DNA from: Lama glama
Lineage: Eukaryota
DNA: 64,000 bases
NCBI GenBank assembly: GCA_028534125.1
Contig: CM052817.1
Location: forward strand, 16,308,001-16,372,000
Reading direction: 5' to 3'
The translations under genes and the position numbers were made by a program. Position 1 is the stretch's first letter, and each line of letters opens with the position of its first letter. The notes under the pieces are model-generated. The model had not been told where the DNA came from. It did not search any database and worked only from the letters and a program-made list of their open reading frames with translations. This document shows positions 37,926-51,730 of this stretch, in pieces.

Positions 37926-37979
37926 AGCTTTAAATTTTTAAGTTTTGTTGCCAACATTTAAAAATCAGGTTATGTCACA

Positions 37980-37982
<3 letters not shown>

Positions 37983-38025
<43 letters not shown>
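37983..38025 (+). repeat. (CA)n microsatellite
   Basis: Direct inspection. Confidence 0.95.
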
Positions 38026-38026
<1 letters not shown>

Positions 38027-38831
38027 GCAATCAAGCTTGGAACACCTACTTTTGTTGAAAACTCAGAGCTCATCACTCTACACGCATCCCTACCTGGCAA
38101 CAATCGATGAGATCTAAGGAGCTGCTGTCTCCTCTGGAGAAGCAGAGAATTTTCTGGTTTGGTGTCCTCAGCATTCCCAAGCTAACTAACACAATGTCAA
38201 GTGGAGATTTGAAACAACATAAAAATTCCTGTTTCTCATAAACACTCATTACTCGTTTGTCAGAGAGACATTGTGGAATGGTGGGGACTGTGACAAACTG
38301 ACAAGGACACATCCCAACCACCACCCACTCAGGGCACTCGGTGCATGTCCCTCCCTGCCTGGCACCTATAGTCACATGCATGTCCCACCCCTCATAGGTG
38401 CTCCTGACCCACTTCCCCTGCCCTTAAGCTCTTCTTCTAGCTCTGATTTATTCTGTCTTTCAACAACCTAATTGTTTCTCTGTGTCCTTTCATTTCCCTT
38501 TCAGATTTGTATTCCCCTGCCCCTTTCTGCCTGTGGGATCCTGCTGGTAGGACACTTGAATCAGACCTTACCTCATTCTTGGAGTCTAAGCTACGGCGGT
38601 CTGACGGCTGCAGAGCAAGGAAATAAGCAGTCCAGTCAGGGAAGAGCCGCACCACCCAGAACAAAATTAATTCCCAGGCTTGCTGGACCTGGCAGGACCA
38701 GAGCCGCACTCAGGCACGGGCCCCGAGGCACAGGGAAGGGGAGGAGGGACAGCCGCCCCGAATGCGGACTTTGCTGCCTCAGCCCAAGGCTGGCTTCACA
38801 TCTGTCATGCCCACACTCTGGCTCTTTGCCA

Positions 38832-38930
38832 AAGAAAAGAAGGGAGGAGAGAAGGAGGGAGGGAGGGTGAGAGGGAGGGAGGGAGGAAGGAAGGAGGGAA
38901 GGAAGGAAGAGGAGAGGAGAAAAGAGAGAC
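38832..38930 (+). repeat. Purine-rich (GGAG/GGAA) low-complexity tract
   Basis: Direct inspection. Confidence 0.85.
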
Positions 38931-39513
38931 TCAAGAGATCCCAGCAGCATGCTCATCATGGAGACAGCCTTAGCCCAGGAGTGTGGTGCTACCTGGTATT
39001 AGCAAAGCTCCAAATGCAAAATTCAGCCTGTCCTTAAAATTCAGTAGTGCTAGAATGAAAAAGAAATGCTTGGCGGAGTTGTGACATTTACGCAGTCATG
39101 CATTTTTCAACGTATCAGTTATGCAAAGATGTTTATGTGCCCTCTCTCCTCAGTCATGTTTCATTTAAATGGAGTGGGAGAAAAATCTTCAAAAAGTTTA
39201 ATTAAATAAAACAGAATCGTGGAAGTCAAAGTTAACAAAAACAGACATGAGAGGTGAAAAAAAAAAGTCGAAACATAAATTACATAAACAATAAGGGAAA
39301 AATCAAAGGAGAGGAGGAGACTTAATACATATTCTTGTTATCTCTGCCTCTTGCTGTTTCACCTCTAAGTGAATTTTCATTGTGTATTATATTTCTAAAA
39401 ACCCAGAAAGAAAAATGTCAGTAGACGACAACATGAAAAGGTTCATGGGAGGCAGAGTTCATCTCAAACCTTTAGCAGCTAAGGAAAAAATTCATTTTAA
39501 AGAGGCAATTTCT

Positions 39514-39653
39514 AATATCTTGTAATAACCTTTAATGAAAAAGAATATGAAAACAAATATATGTACCTATATGCATGACTGGGACATTATGCTGTACACC
39601 AGAAACTGACACATTGTAACTGACTATACTTCAATACAAAAAAAAAAAAAAAA
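39514..39653 (+). mobile_element. Young, heavily 5'-truncated camelid L1 with poly(A)
   Basis: TSD AAAGAGGCA(A/G)TTTCT at 39499-39513 and 39654-39668; pure A tail. Confidence 0.92.
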
Positions 39654-40962
39654 AAAGAGGCAGTTTCTTTTTTTAAAAAAAAGGTAGGAAAAAAATGTGG
39701 AAATGCACAGATAGTTTCAATTCATTATCTTAGGAGCCCGCAAGATGAAGTTCAAAAAGGTCTAATAGAAACCCCTGACAAATTCAAGATCATCCGTTTT
39801 GTTCCTATGTTCACACATAACAGCTTTAATATGGAAGATAATGACCTTAACTTGGGTAATCCATTTGTTGACAGCAGGTGATAATTCGGCCTTCCTGATA
39901 GTAATCTGTTTTTTTGGCAAACAAGGGAGAGGGCTATTTGCCACATACATTTATTTTTATGGGGAGGACATGTTTTATAAAGCTGGATGTGGGACAGTAC
40001 AGGTGTGAAATTAATTGTCCAAGTTGCAAAATATGTTAGGGATGGTATGTTAAATCTATGGCACACAGTGGCCCTGACATGATTAAACGTTCGCTTCTAT
40101 TAAGTCACCACAAGCCTGTATTTCCAATTATGGTGGTGAACTGCTTTCTGCTGAGTGGATTAGCTTAGTACTTCATTCTGCTGGTAGTTTTATGATCTGA
40201 GATCTTTAATTTTCCCAATTCAACTCTTAGGGCTGCAAAGACAAGCTGCCTGACTTTTAAATAATATATTCCCCCTTTAAATTTCTGCCTCCTACCATTT
40301 CCTAAGAGTGCCATTTCCTGTCACCATAATTATAACAATTTGTATGTAGTTCCTGGGATCACATTTCTAATTGAGTCCTAAATTGGTTAACCTCATGAAG
40401 TTATTAATATGCTTTTTTAACCTGCACAAATTATATATTTGTCTGGTTGGTCAAATAATGTTCATTATCACATACATTTCTTGCCTCTCTTCCTTCAGTT
40501 TTAAGGTCACTATTTTAGTCCTCGGAGTGTACGTCTTTTTTTTTTTTTAATACTCTAAAAATTACAGAACCGTAAGAGCTGGAAAGAAGGACTGGGTTAG
40601 GGACTAGTGAGAGCAAAGGCTTAGTGAAATGAGAGCTCACATAGCACTGGAACACTAGGAAATAGTTCTGGCACTGGGGGAAGGGGCAGAGAGGTAGGAA
40701 GAGCTGGAACCCAAAAGCTCAGGTGACCCAACCAGGTCCTGAAGGGCTGTTCCAAGGCGTGTGAGAGAAGGAGTCAGCTCTGCAGGTCTTCTACTGATAA
40801 TCCCTCCAGAAAACACCCCCGTGACCAAATGACCAGCTCTTCACAAAACACCCATAAGTGTTAGGACATTCCCCCGCCCCATCTTCTTGGCCCAAATCCT
40901 GTGCAGTCAGTGGCATTCACAGGTATAAACATTAAGTAAAATCTCAAGACTGAATGTCTCCT

Positions 40963-41123
40963 TGTTTTTTGGTGGGTTTTTTTTTTTTTTGGCCGGGGTG
41001 GGGGGTAATTAGGTTTATTTATTTCTTTTTTAGTTTTTTTTTTTTCAATGGAGGTACTGGAGATTGAACCCAGGACCTTGTGCATGCTAAGCATGCACTC
41101 TATCACCAAGCTATACCTCCCCC
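40963..41123 (-). mobile_element. Camelid tRNA-derived SINE (vic-1 type)
   Basis: Reverse complement of the same head plus CCTAATTACC tail and poly(A). Confidence 0.9.
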
Positions 41124-41694
41124 TGTCTGTCTGTTCTGAGGATTCATATAACCTCCTCTCTCTGACTGGTCTTTTATGTAAATGTTTCCTAAATCATGTG
41201 TCAGTAGGCCTGGGCTGATCTAAAATCAGTACCTTCACACTTCCTTTTTGTCTATGATGACAAACCAGATGGTCAGTAATGGATTACTGTGTTTTAGTGG
41301 GGCTCTGCTCAGAATACCAGCATTTTAAAATAACTGTTTAATAAATAAATACTAAATATATTTAATAAAATATAATTTATTATTATAAAATAATAACAAT
41401 TTGCATCTCCATCAGATTCAATTCTTCTAAACCTCTTAAGAAATGTGTCAGTGTTTGTTAAGCCTTGAACTTAAAGCATTTCAATGTAAAAGCATATTTG
41501 TGGCTCTTCTAAAGTCCTCAAATTTAGGTGAGTAAAAGGGACATGAAACTACCAGAAAATTCCACCATTATGCACTTCTGGGTTTACTGGGCAGGAAAAG
41601 ATTGCACAACTTCGCCAAATACATTCTGATAATCTGGAGAACATGGCTGGCTAAAAGATATTCGTTCAGTATCACTGAAATGATTCAGTCTAGA

Positions 41695-42042
41695 CTATTA
41701 GGATCTGAATGTGTCTCCCCAAAATTCATCTGTTGAAATCCTAACCCCCAATGTGATGATATTTGGAGGTGAGGTCTTTGGAAGGTGATTAGGTCACAAG
41801 GATGGAGCCCTCATGAACAGGACTAGTGCCTTTATAAAAGGGATCCCTCTTTTTTTATCTGGTGAGGACACGTTGAGAGGATGGCCATCTATGAACCAGG
41901 AATCGGATCCTCACCAGGCACCCACCCGCCGGCACCTTGACCTTTGACTTCCAGCCTCCAGAACTGTGAGAAATAAATGCTTGTTGTTTACATTATCCAG
42001 TCTGTGGTATTTTTATTATAGCAATCGGAGTGGACTAAGGCA
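41695..42042 (+). mobile_element. MLT1A0-like solo LTR
   Basis: CCCCAAAATTCATCTGTTGAAATCCTAACCCCCAATGTGATG...CCAGCCTCCAGAACTGTGAGAAATAAAT...GACTAAGGCA. Confidence 0.9.
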
Positions 42043-42179
42043 GGGGTCAAGCAGTTTTTGCTCCACACATTTTCAATCACCCAACAGCATCCATTTCTGG
42101 AACCTGGCATACACCAAAGCCAGGACAAGAAAGAGAGCAGCTGAATTTCCCTCTACATCCTCCTCAACACTTAACCTTC

Positions 42180-42395
42180 TTTTTTTATAACAGTCCTCCT
42201 ACAAGGTGTGTTATAACACCTAACTGTAGTTTTGATTTGCCTTTCCCTGAGATTACTGACGCTGGGCCACTGATAGACCTGTTGGCCATTTGTATGTCTT
42301 CTTTGGGGAAATGTCTATTCACGTCTCTAGCCCATTAAAATCAGGTTATTAGTTTTTGCTACTGAGTTGTAGGAGTCCCTTATATATTTTAATTC
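42180..42395 (-). mobile_element. L1 ORF2-end fragment
   Basis: GTTTTGATTTGC...CCTGTTGGCCATTTGTATGTCTTCTTTGGGGAAATGTCTATTCA. Confidence 0.8.
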
Positions 42396-42509
42396 CCTCA
42401 AGAAGAAGGAAGAGACAAAGACGCTTTTTGCATAACCACACAAAGGGGTGCTAAGGAGAGGGCCATATGGCCAGAATGGAAGGTGAAAACGCTCATAATA
42501 GATAAGAGG

Positions 42510-42850
42510 GTGTGATGGACTGAATGTTTGTTTCTCCTCAAAATTCATATGCTGAAATACAATTCTCAGCGTGACAGTCATAGGAGGCAGGGCCTTGGGG
42601 AGGTATTAAGTCTTGAGAGTGAAGCTCCCATGATGGCATTAGTGCCCTTACAACTAGAGGAAGAGACCAGAGGTCTGTCTTTCAGGCATGTGAGGATGCA
42701 ACCCAGAAGAGAGCTCTCACCAGAACCCAGCCCTGCTGGCACCCTGATCTGGGATCTCCAGCCTCCAGAACTGTAAGAAATGAATTTCTATTGTTTATAA
42801 GTCACCCAGTGTATCCTTCTTCATTAGAGGAGTCCAAACTCATTAAAACA
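42510..42850 (+). mobile_element. MLT1A-like solo LTR
   Basis: TGATGGACTGAATGTTTG...AAATTCATATGCTGAAAT...CTCCAGCCTCCAGAACTGT. Confidence 0.85.
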
Positions 42851-44019
42851 GGTGGGAGGTGTTAAACTGACTAGAGAGCCTTATTCTACAAGTGAAAATC
42901 TGACCAGTGCACGTAAGACACCTCCTTCTACTGCAGCCACAGGCAGCATCTCTTCTCCAGCTGCTGCTACCCCACCACGGCATTCCTCCAATTCCCCTCA
43001 GAGACAATCCTGAACTCTCCACAGGCAGCCGGCTGTCCCAGCCCCACCAGGGCCCTCTCACCCCCTCCACCACATGACCAGAAACACTCTCCTCCCTCCA
43101 CTGCCAGGTGGTCCAAGGTGTGGAGAAATCAAAGATGGCTCTTCTGCACAAAAGAACTACAATGGTCCCATCTGTCACAGTCCAGCCCAGCACTGCTGAA
43201 TAGATGGATGAGGCGCCACATTAACCGTGCCCCACCCTCAACCACCACCACAAACCAGGACCAAGCAGGTGACCCCCGGGGCTGAGTCAAACAGAACTCC
43301 CCCCTGGGAAACCGAACAAAGGTAGAGAAGGAACATCAGTTGGGATGGGGCACCGGGGCAGGATGTGGAATCAGGACCGGCAGCCATTTAGGCTGAATCT
43401 TAGGCTGCGTAAGTCACGGGAGAAAGAGGCTCCTCAGACAGTGGGCACGGAGCCCTTGTCTCGTCTCTGCAGAGCCCAGTCCTGCTTCACTTTCTTGAGT
43501 CCCGTGATAGGTCTGGATCCTCACCCCACCACGCGCACATTTGTGTGTGTGTTTTCTGAGTAGGTTTTCTTCCTGGCAAACAAAAGGAGGAAACACTGCC
43601 ATGAAACAGCCCCAGGAGACATCTTTTCCCACAGAACATCTGAGGCAATGACCAGCAACTTCTAAAATCTCCAGCACCAAGCCCTTTTTCAAACTGGGCA
43701 ATTGTTCATCACAGTAACCAACAAAACAGAGGTCAGCTCATTTAAACATTAAAAACACTTGTTTCTAAACACACTAGAGGGTTCTCACGGATGCAGAGTG
43801 TGTCCACTGGAGTTGCATCCTTCTCACTACCACTGGAATCCAACCAATCACAGACATCCATGGGCATCTGCCCTGAATATGTAACTTAACCTTTATCCGC
43901 CCTTTAACGTGTGAGGAGCACACTTCAGGTTGGTCATCTGCACTATTCACCAGACACTTGGATGTCCTTACAACACAGGCAAACAGAGGCAGCTGCCAAA
44001 ACTCTTCTCTGTTTAAGGT

Positions 44020-44710
44020 CACAACTCTCCATCTTTTGTCCCTGCCTCCACCCTCTCTCCCATCTATTTCACACAAGAGCCCCCAGCTGTTCACTCCTGC
44101 CCCTGATTCACTCTGGCTTCTGCCAGAGTCCATCCTCCTCCTCCTCCTCCTCCTCCTCGAAGCAGCTAGAGTGATCTTTTGCAAACATAAATCAGGCCAT
44201 GTCCCTCCCCTGCTTAAAAGTTTTCAGTGAATTCTCATATCACTGGGGCTGAATTCTAAACCTTACACATTCCACCTGCAGCCCAGTGGGATCGGGGCTC
44301 CAATACCTCTATCCTTGACTCTGACCACACCCCTCACCCACCCAGCTCCAGCCACACGGGAAGCACTTTCCACTTCCGTCCAGCCACAGAGTCCCACGAG
44401 GCCTGCACGGGGGTCTTCCTTTGACCACCCCTAAGCTGAACACTGCCCCATCTTTCACATACCCCACCCCGCCCCTGTCCATCCCATCACATTGCCCTTT
44501 TCATCATCTTCATAATTCTTATCGCTTTCAGAAATTATCTTGTGCCTGCATCTGATTTCATTGTTTTTATTCTGTCTCCACCTGCAAGATGACAAATGCC
44601 ACCAAAGGGCCCGGGCCTTTTTTTCTTGCTCACAGCTACCTATTCAGGCTCTAAAGCAGCGTCTGGAACATGATCAAGCCTCCAAAACTATTTGTGGAAA
44701 GAACGATCCT
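44020..44710 (+). mobile_element. L2 3' region
   Basis: AGCAGCTAGAGTGATCTTTT...CATGTCCCTCCCCTGCTTAAAA and L2-type terminus. Confidence 0.7.
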
Positions 44711-46631
44711 CTAACTCGAGATTGAAAGAGATACAGTTTTTCAGGTAGTTTTGCTCAAAAGATTTGTTTCTCATTTATAAGCCCCAAATACTAATTTCTA
44801 CCTTTATTACTTTTTCCACTGATAATGGAAATAATAGTCACCATTTGGTTTCAAAATACCACTCTATGTTAAATACCTGCACAATCTGCATTTATTATAG
44901 GTCAACCAAAAAAGAACTGGATATTACCTGTCTCCTATAATTGGATTGTATTTTCTGAAGAATCATGTTATTCTGCAGTTTTACCTTCTAATTTTCTTTG
45001 GTATTACATGTTTTTATTCTCTGCAAATAAATGGGCAATTTTTTCCATTTTGTTTGCAAACCAGAAAACACAATATTAAATTCCGAAGCAGACAACAGAA
45101 CTTCTAGAAATAACCTGACTAGTATGTATTAGTGCATAAGGCTCCTCAACGAAAGAATAAATGTGTTTGTTCCTAGAAAAGATTTTACTGAAACTCACCT
45201 CATGTTCTGCGGGAAAAAAAATACAGAAGCGGACAGAGAAAATGGGGTCAAATGAATAAGATGGTTTCCCGGAAATTGTCTCTTATAAACCTGGTTAGCA
45301 TCTGTTCACACATGCCGCACCCGTCTCCCTATCCCTCTGTTATACTAAAACATCATCACTGAAGCTTCTGTTTGCTTCCCACATGCCAAGCACTGTTTTA
45401 AGCTTTTCACTTTTACTATCTCATTTAACTCTTAGAATAACCGCATAAGGTAGACAGATGTTACAACGTCCATTTTACAGATCAGAAAACTGCAAGTAGC
45501 TTGTAGAGCTGGCTGTAAAATCCCAAAGCTTCCCCATCACACTATACTTGGATTTCTTTCTAGAACATCTATATGGATAGATTTCAATTTGCAGAGCCCA
45601 AAACTTTGAAGCAGCATAGAATTCTTATACAAATCAGCCTGAGAAGATATAAATGCTGCAGACATTCTTGCCTTCCCAGTAAAAATGGAGAAATCTGAAG
45701 CCTGAATTATACCCACTAGTAAAAAATGATGACAGAATTAATAACTACTGTGTTGAATTCATCATTACAAGTAACCTTTCTCGCTTCCCTTGATTTCATA
45801 AACACTGCATATTAAGTCTGGGCCAGATGCCTACAGACATCTTTGAAGACAGTATTTCATCCTCTGAATATTTGGCCATCTGAAGGAAAAAAAAAAAAAA
45901 AAGCTTGTTCCAAATTCCTCACCCTTGTAAATGTTTTTAAGACTTAATGGAAATATAGTTCCATGCCTGTTACTGCCTCCCAAATGACCACTCACAAAGG
46001 CCTCTTCTGTTATAAGAGACTTTCTCAGAATCCAAAATCTGTCCAAGAAAACAGTTATTGCTTTCCATAACTCTTCTGGGTCTGCTCAAAGATCAGAAAC
46101 TACACGGAATTTGATTAGAATCACAAATAGATCTAAGAGTAATAGTAAAGGATGATAACTGAGCTATAATAATCAGCACTTCCGCTGATTCCTAATCAAG
46201 TAATTCTTTGATTTTCATGACTTTGTTTAATCTATAATACTCCTTCCCACTACATACCATAAACTTTGATTTCATGTTTGCACAAAAATGAATACAGTAT
46301 CTATATTTGTCATGTACTTATTGACCAGAATTAAGTTCACTATAAAATAAGAATTTTTAAAGTTTTCTTAAATGCTCACGGCTCATCATATTCTTCTACA
46401 CTAGCTACAGAAAATCATATGACTATTCCTTTTTAGACTACAGAACATCTTTCTTAAATGCTGGCCAACATCTAAATCAGGCAAGACCCTAATGACATTT
46501 TCGATGAGTCTCTTCTACATATGTACGTAGGTCAGTTACTTATTTATTTTTAGTCCAGTCCTTCTGCCTGCATTTCAGTCATTAACATTCTATACCACAA
46601 AGTGCCTCATGGGACCAAGAGGGTTGAACTG

Positions 46632-46987
46632 TGTGATGGTTAGTTTTATTTGTTAACTTGGCTGGGCCATGGTGCCCAGGTATCAGTCTGGATGTTTCTG
46701 TGAAGGGCTTTTTTGGATGAGATTAACATGTAAATTGGTGACTGTGAGTGAAACAGATTGCCCTCCATAGTGTGAGTGGGTCTCATCCAATCAGTTGAAG
46801 GCCTTAATAGACAAAGACTGACCTCCTTAGGCAAGAATTCTGCCATCAGATGGCCTTAGGATTCCAATGGCAACTCTTCACTGGGTCTCCAGCCTGTTGA
46901 CCTGCTCTGCAAAGTTTGGACTTACCAGGCCTCTACACGTACATGAACCACTTACTTAAAATACGTTCTCTCCCTCTCTCTGCTACT

Positions 46988-47023
<36 letters not shown>

Positions 47024-47064
47024 CCTGTTTGTCTGTTCTGTTTCTGTGGAAAACCCTAATATAG
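46632..47064 (+). mobile_element. MLT2 (ERVL) solo LTR with internal (CA)n
   Basis: TGTGATGGTTAGTTTTATTTGTTAACTTGGCTGGGCC...CATCCAATCAGTTGAAGGCC...TCTGTTTCTGTGGAAAACCCTAAT. Confidence 0.9.
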
Positions 47065-47621
47065 ACTGGTTCAGAAAAGTCTACCATTGCTGTCATTTGC
47101 AACAGTCTCCACTTTTCTTTCTTAACAAAACATGTTCTAATTGTGCATGTGACTCTGACAAGTTCTATTCCTTCAACCACATCCTTCAACCATTATGCAC
47201 TAGTTACAACATGACTTTGGGTGAAGGCTAGAATTGTCTCACTTCCTTGTTCAAGGTCAGCCAAAAGGCACTCGGCTGCAAAATTCACCACCCTTTTCTA
47301 AATTACAAATCTTGAGATCACTGTTTCTAGAGGACCATTTCCCTGGGGCCTCCAGGAAAAAGATAACTTTACTTGTTTTTTTTATAAGCTGGCAGGCATT
47401 CATTCAAATTAACCACTGGTGCTTGAGGGTCTACTATTCCACATGTTGGACACACGAAGTGAGCTGCCCTCATGGAGCTTACAGTCTAGTAGAGAAGACA
47501 TTAAAAAATGTCAAAAAATATATCATTTGGCATTAACAACCCTAACAAAGGGTCTGAGATTTCAGTCCTACTGCTGTAGTAACACCATTTGAGAATGAGG
47601 TGAAGGGCAGTGGAGGGACAC

Positions 47622-48000
47622 TGTTACAGCTTGAATTGCGTGCTTTTCCCAAAAAAAATTCATGATGAAATCCTAACCCTTAGAAACTCTAAATGTGACT
47701 CTATCTGAAGATAGGGTCTTATGGATATGATTAAATTAAAATGAGGCCCTTAGGATGGGCCCTAATCCAATATGACTGATGTCCTTATAAGAGGAGGAAA
47801 ATTTGGACACAGACATAAAGGGAAGACAGCTACATGGAAGCCTGCGAGAGAGGCCTGCAACAGGTCCTTCCCTCGTGGCCCTCAGAAGGAGCCAAGCCTG
47901 CTGGCAGTTTGATCTCGGGCTCCTAAAACTGTGAGAAAGTGAGTGCTTCAGCCACCCAGTTCATGGTACTTTGTTACAGTGGCCCTGGCCAACTAACACA
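47622..48000 (+). mobile_element. MLT1B/C-like solo LTR
   Basis: GGGCCCTAATCCAATATGACTGATGTCCTTATAAGAGGAGGAAAATTTGGACACAGAC. Confidence 0.88.
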
Positions 48001-48149
48001 GAGGTTCAGCTTATTAACTATGTAGACCAGCAGCTGAAGGAAAGGAACAAATAAGAGAGTTATCATGAAGGCATAATCTGCCTGACTTGACAACTGACTA
48101 ACAGTGAAAGGAGAAGGAAAATAAGAGATTGTGGCTAATGTGAGTTTTA

Positions 48150-48695
48150 AGTATAGTAATTTTTATAAGAGTGGCCACGAATTCCCTCCCACCCACACAC
48201 AGACATGTCCTGTGGTGTGACCTTGCTGCTCCTCCCACCAAGAGGTAGAATCCATGTCTCCACTCCCTGCATCTGGGCTGGCCTTGTGACTTGTTCCAAC
48301 CAAGAGAATAAGAACATGTTTTACAAGTTCTAAGCCTAGGCCTCAAGAAAACTTGCAGCTTCCTCTTGCTTGCTTTTCTTGGGAATCCTGTAGTCACTGC
48401 TCCGTGAATGAGCTCGGGCTATCCTGCTGGATGATGGCCACATGGGCACATGGCTCAGTGAACCCCAGACCCCCAGCCAACAACCAGTCATCTGTCAGCT
48501 GTATGAGTGAGGCTCTCAAGTACCAGCTGCCTGCTGACACAAGTGAACCAAGCTGGATCCAGCAGAACCACCTCCTGGCTGATCTCAGCCCACATTCTTG
48601 ACCTTTATAAATGACACAGGTATAAACGGTGGTGGTTTTAGGACACAAGGTTTTGGGGGGGTTGGTATACTCAGATACCGCAAAAGTAAACTGAA
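48150..48695 (+). mobile_element. MLT1F/H-like LTR
   Basis: TGTGACCTTGCTGCTCCTCCCACCAAGAGGTAGAATC...CTAGGCCTCAAGA. Confidence 0.75.
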
Positions 48696-48769
48696 GTTAA
48701 CTGCAGGCAGGATGAGTATTGTACCCTTTCACCCAGATAAGGAATTCAAGAGCAACTCAACCTGAATGA

Positions 48770-50500
48770 GGAATTCTGTCCTCCACGCATTGTGCTTGAA
48801 ATATCAATGGGACTGTCAAGAGCCAGTTGGTTCAACAGATCTGGAGCTCAGGAGGAAACTCTTGCCTGGAAACACAAACCTGAAAGGCAGGGATGTGACT
48901 GTTCTCCATGAGTGAGTAGACTGCCACAGGAGAGCAGGAATAGAGTGAAAGGAGAAGGGATCCAGGTATGGATCCCAGGAACACTGCACTTCAGGTCAAG
49001 CTAAGCAAGAGGGTCAATGAGGGAGAGGAGGAGAAGGGATGAAACACAGGAAGATGCCATTGAAGTCAGAGGTCTTTCTCAACAAAGTCACAGAAATGTC
49101 TAGAAAAAAATAAAAAAGAACTATTAAGAGTCCCAGCATTTGGTAATCATGAGCCATTGCCAGAAGGAAGTAATGGTTGAACCCTTATTAGAAATCATCA
49201 AAAAGTAAGAGGGAGGGGAGGATTTGGAAACAATGAATATCTACTGCTGAGCTTGGTGAAAAGGTCACCTGCCCTGGAACACTGCCTCTTTGCTCCAGGA
49301 ATCTGAGTGCCACTGGGAGAAACCAACCTCACAGTCTGGATTTGTGACACTGAAATGTAGTCACCTCAGCTGGGCCTTTCCTTCCATCCAACAAAAGGAG
49401 ACAAGCAACCTCTAAAAGGAAGTGAAAGATTGATGGAAGAAACTTTAAGTATGGGAGTCGTACACTTGTTCCTAAATGTGTGACATCACAAAGCCATAAC
49501 AATGGATCAAAGTCCTGGAGAGGAGGTGAGGGGATGATACTCACAGGCGCCAGGAAAGCTGGAGGTGGAATGATGGAGATTTCCAGATAGGAGCCAAAAA
49601 GAGTGAGGCAATCCACATCAGGTGACCACGAATCCTCACCTGGGAAGGGAGCCAGCAGTGGGCAGGGCTGCTGAGGGCAGTGGGCAGCATCTAGAGTTGC
49701 AGATGAGGACAGTGAGTGAGCCTGATGACCCACACAGAGTTTGGTGGACGGCACTGAGGTTGGGGACATTAAAATCACAGAGGCATTCTTTAGCATGAAT
49801 GGGTTTTTCCAACAGCAGGCAACTGCTTGCATGTAGAAGCCAAAAGGCAGCTGACTGAACTGACCCAAGGCTGGGATTTTGTGGACAGATATAGAAGGGC
49901 AAGGGCTTGCAGGCTTTGGCAAGAGAGTGGTTAAAGACATGTACCATGGGCTCTGGGCTGGCTCAAAAAAGAGGGGGAAAGGATGGTCAATGAGCTGGAG
50001 AAAAGAGAGAGTTGTACAGGGACCAGAGAGCTTGGAAATCAGTAGGTGAGGGAGCAGAAAGGCTATGAGGCTGTGGTCACATATGATGAGACTGGAGTCA
50101 AAGGTACCAGGAACAGAGCCATTCCAAAGGACAAGGCCAGGGTGTGGGCAAGGTGACCGGGCCGCCAAAGCACAGTGTGAGCTGATGTGTTGCAACTCGA
50201 GGCTAAGCCACTGGGTACGTCCTCCAGGCACAGACGCTGAAGATCGACCTGGTAGTGGCAGCTGGGGGAGAGAGGACAAGATCCAAGTGTCCGAGCCCTA
50301 AGGGGACAAGCGCAAGTGACAGGAAGATGATAAGGCAGCCAGGAAGCATGGAAGGATACCGTCTATGGGAATTTCCCCTGGGGCCACAGGGACCATGCAG
50401 TTTTGTGTGATAGTGGCAAAATAATGTTCTGGAAGCAACCATGACCACAGCTCCTCCTGGCCTAAAGGATGTGGACAAATGAACAGCCACTGTCCCCCCA
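48770..50500 (-). mobile_element. Long degraded L2 including internal ORF2-derived sequence
   Basis: Antisense L2 texture; minus strand near 49800-49900 (AAAATCCCAGCCTTGG...GCAGTTGCCTGCTGTTGGAAAAA) resembles the L2 ORF2 'PQPW...AERxWRK' segment. Confidence 0.65.
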
Positions 50501-51259
50501 GAAATGCATTTTCTTAGGGAGGAATCAAATTGTAATAAAGGTAGGAGCTGGGGAAAGGGATTTTATATTGTTAGTAAACCAAGGGTCCAAAAGCACTATT
50601 GAAAAAGCTGTGAGGAGGTCAATAGGGAAAAGAAGTGGGGTGAGCCGGAGAGAAATGGGCATGACCTTCATTGTGGTCATTCTTTTGTACAAGAGTTTCC
50701 ATTTTCCCAAATATCTCTAAGACTTGCCACGTCTCAGTCCAGACCAGACTGCCAATAGTGATGCTTTAGGATATAGTTAACATTCCTCTTCCCTTGGAAT
50801 TATCTCAGGAATGACAAGACATGCTGCTTAGAGTCCAGACTTGTTCCTAGTTGTGAAGTTTAAGCAGTTCCTTGAGTGGAAGAAGAAAGACTTTTCTCTC
50901 CATAGATCTCAACAGAACATCAGCCAGGAGGTTTTGCAGAGATAATATGCCCTAGAAAGAGAGGGGGAAACGCTCACCTGATACCCAGAGTTAAACTCTT
51001 GACATAAACTGTTTGTTTGGATCACCTGACCCACGTTTTGTTCTAGCAGCTTGAAGAACTTGAAAAACTAAAGATTAAAGAAGGTCATCATCATTATAAG
51101 CATGATCTCTTGACTGACACGGTCATTAAAAAGGCTTATTTTGAAGTTTTCAAATGGACAAAGAAAATACTGTAACATGATTCATTTTCTAATAGCCTCC
51201 ATTTGGTACCCTAACATGTAGCTCCTGGCAGGATAAGCTGGTGCATCTCTTCTGAGAGA

Positions 51260-51730
51260 CAGTAAACACAAAAGTCTTAAACATTTTTATGCCCTTTACC
51301 CCAGAAGTTCTCCTACTGGGTATCATCCTGGAGAAATAATCACAGATATGCCCCAGGTTTAGTCATAACTGGCGACGACCTAAATACCCAATGTTTAGGA
51401 GGATGGTTAAATAAATGGTCCTATAATCACACAATGGAATACTACAGAGACATTAAAAGGGATATAGAGGCATATGAATCATGACATGGCAAGTTAGTTA
51501 TGATTCATGGGGCTAAAATCAGGTTGTAAAGTTACTTACATGTGATACCGATTTAAAAATGAAATAGTACATAGGCCTAGAATAAAGACAGGAAGGAGGT
51601 GCATTAAAACAGTGTCTGGGAATATCTTTAGGTGTTTGCATTATGTATGATTTTGATTTTCCTTTTTTCCAAACCTTTCTAAGAAAAATCTGCAAAGCTA
51701 AAACGTATCATATCTGCAATAAGAAAAATT
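51260..51730 (+). mobile_element. L1ME-like fragments
   Basis: CCCTTTACCCCAG...CCTACTGGGTATCATCCTGGAGAAATAAT...GGTTAAATAAATGG...CACACAATGGAATACTA. Confidence 0.65.

Noticed and set aside
49329..50279. 316-aa minus-strand ORF
   Set aside because: Lies within a degraded L2; only patchy ORF2-like residues, no coherent domain or splice context.
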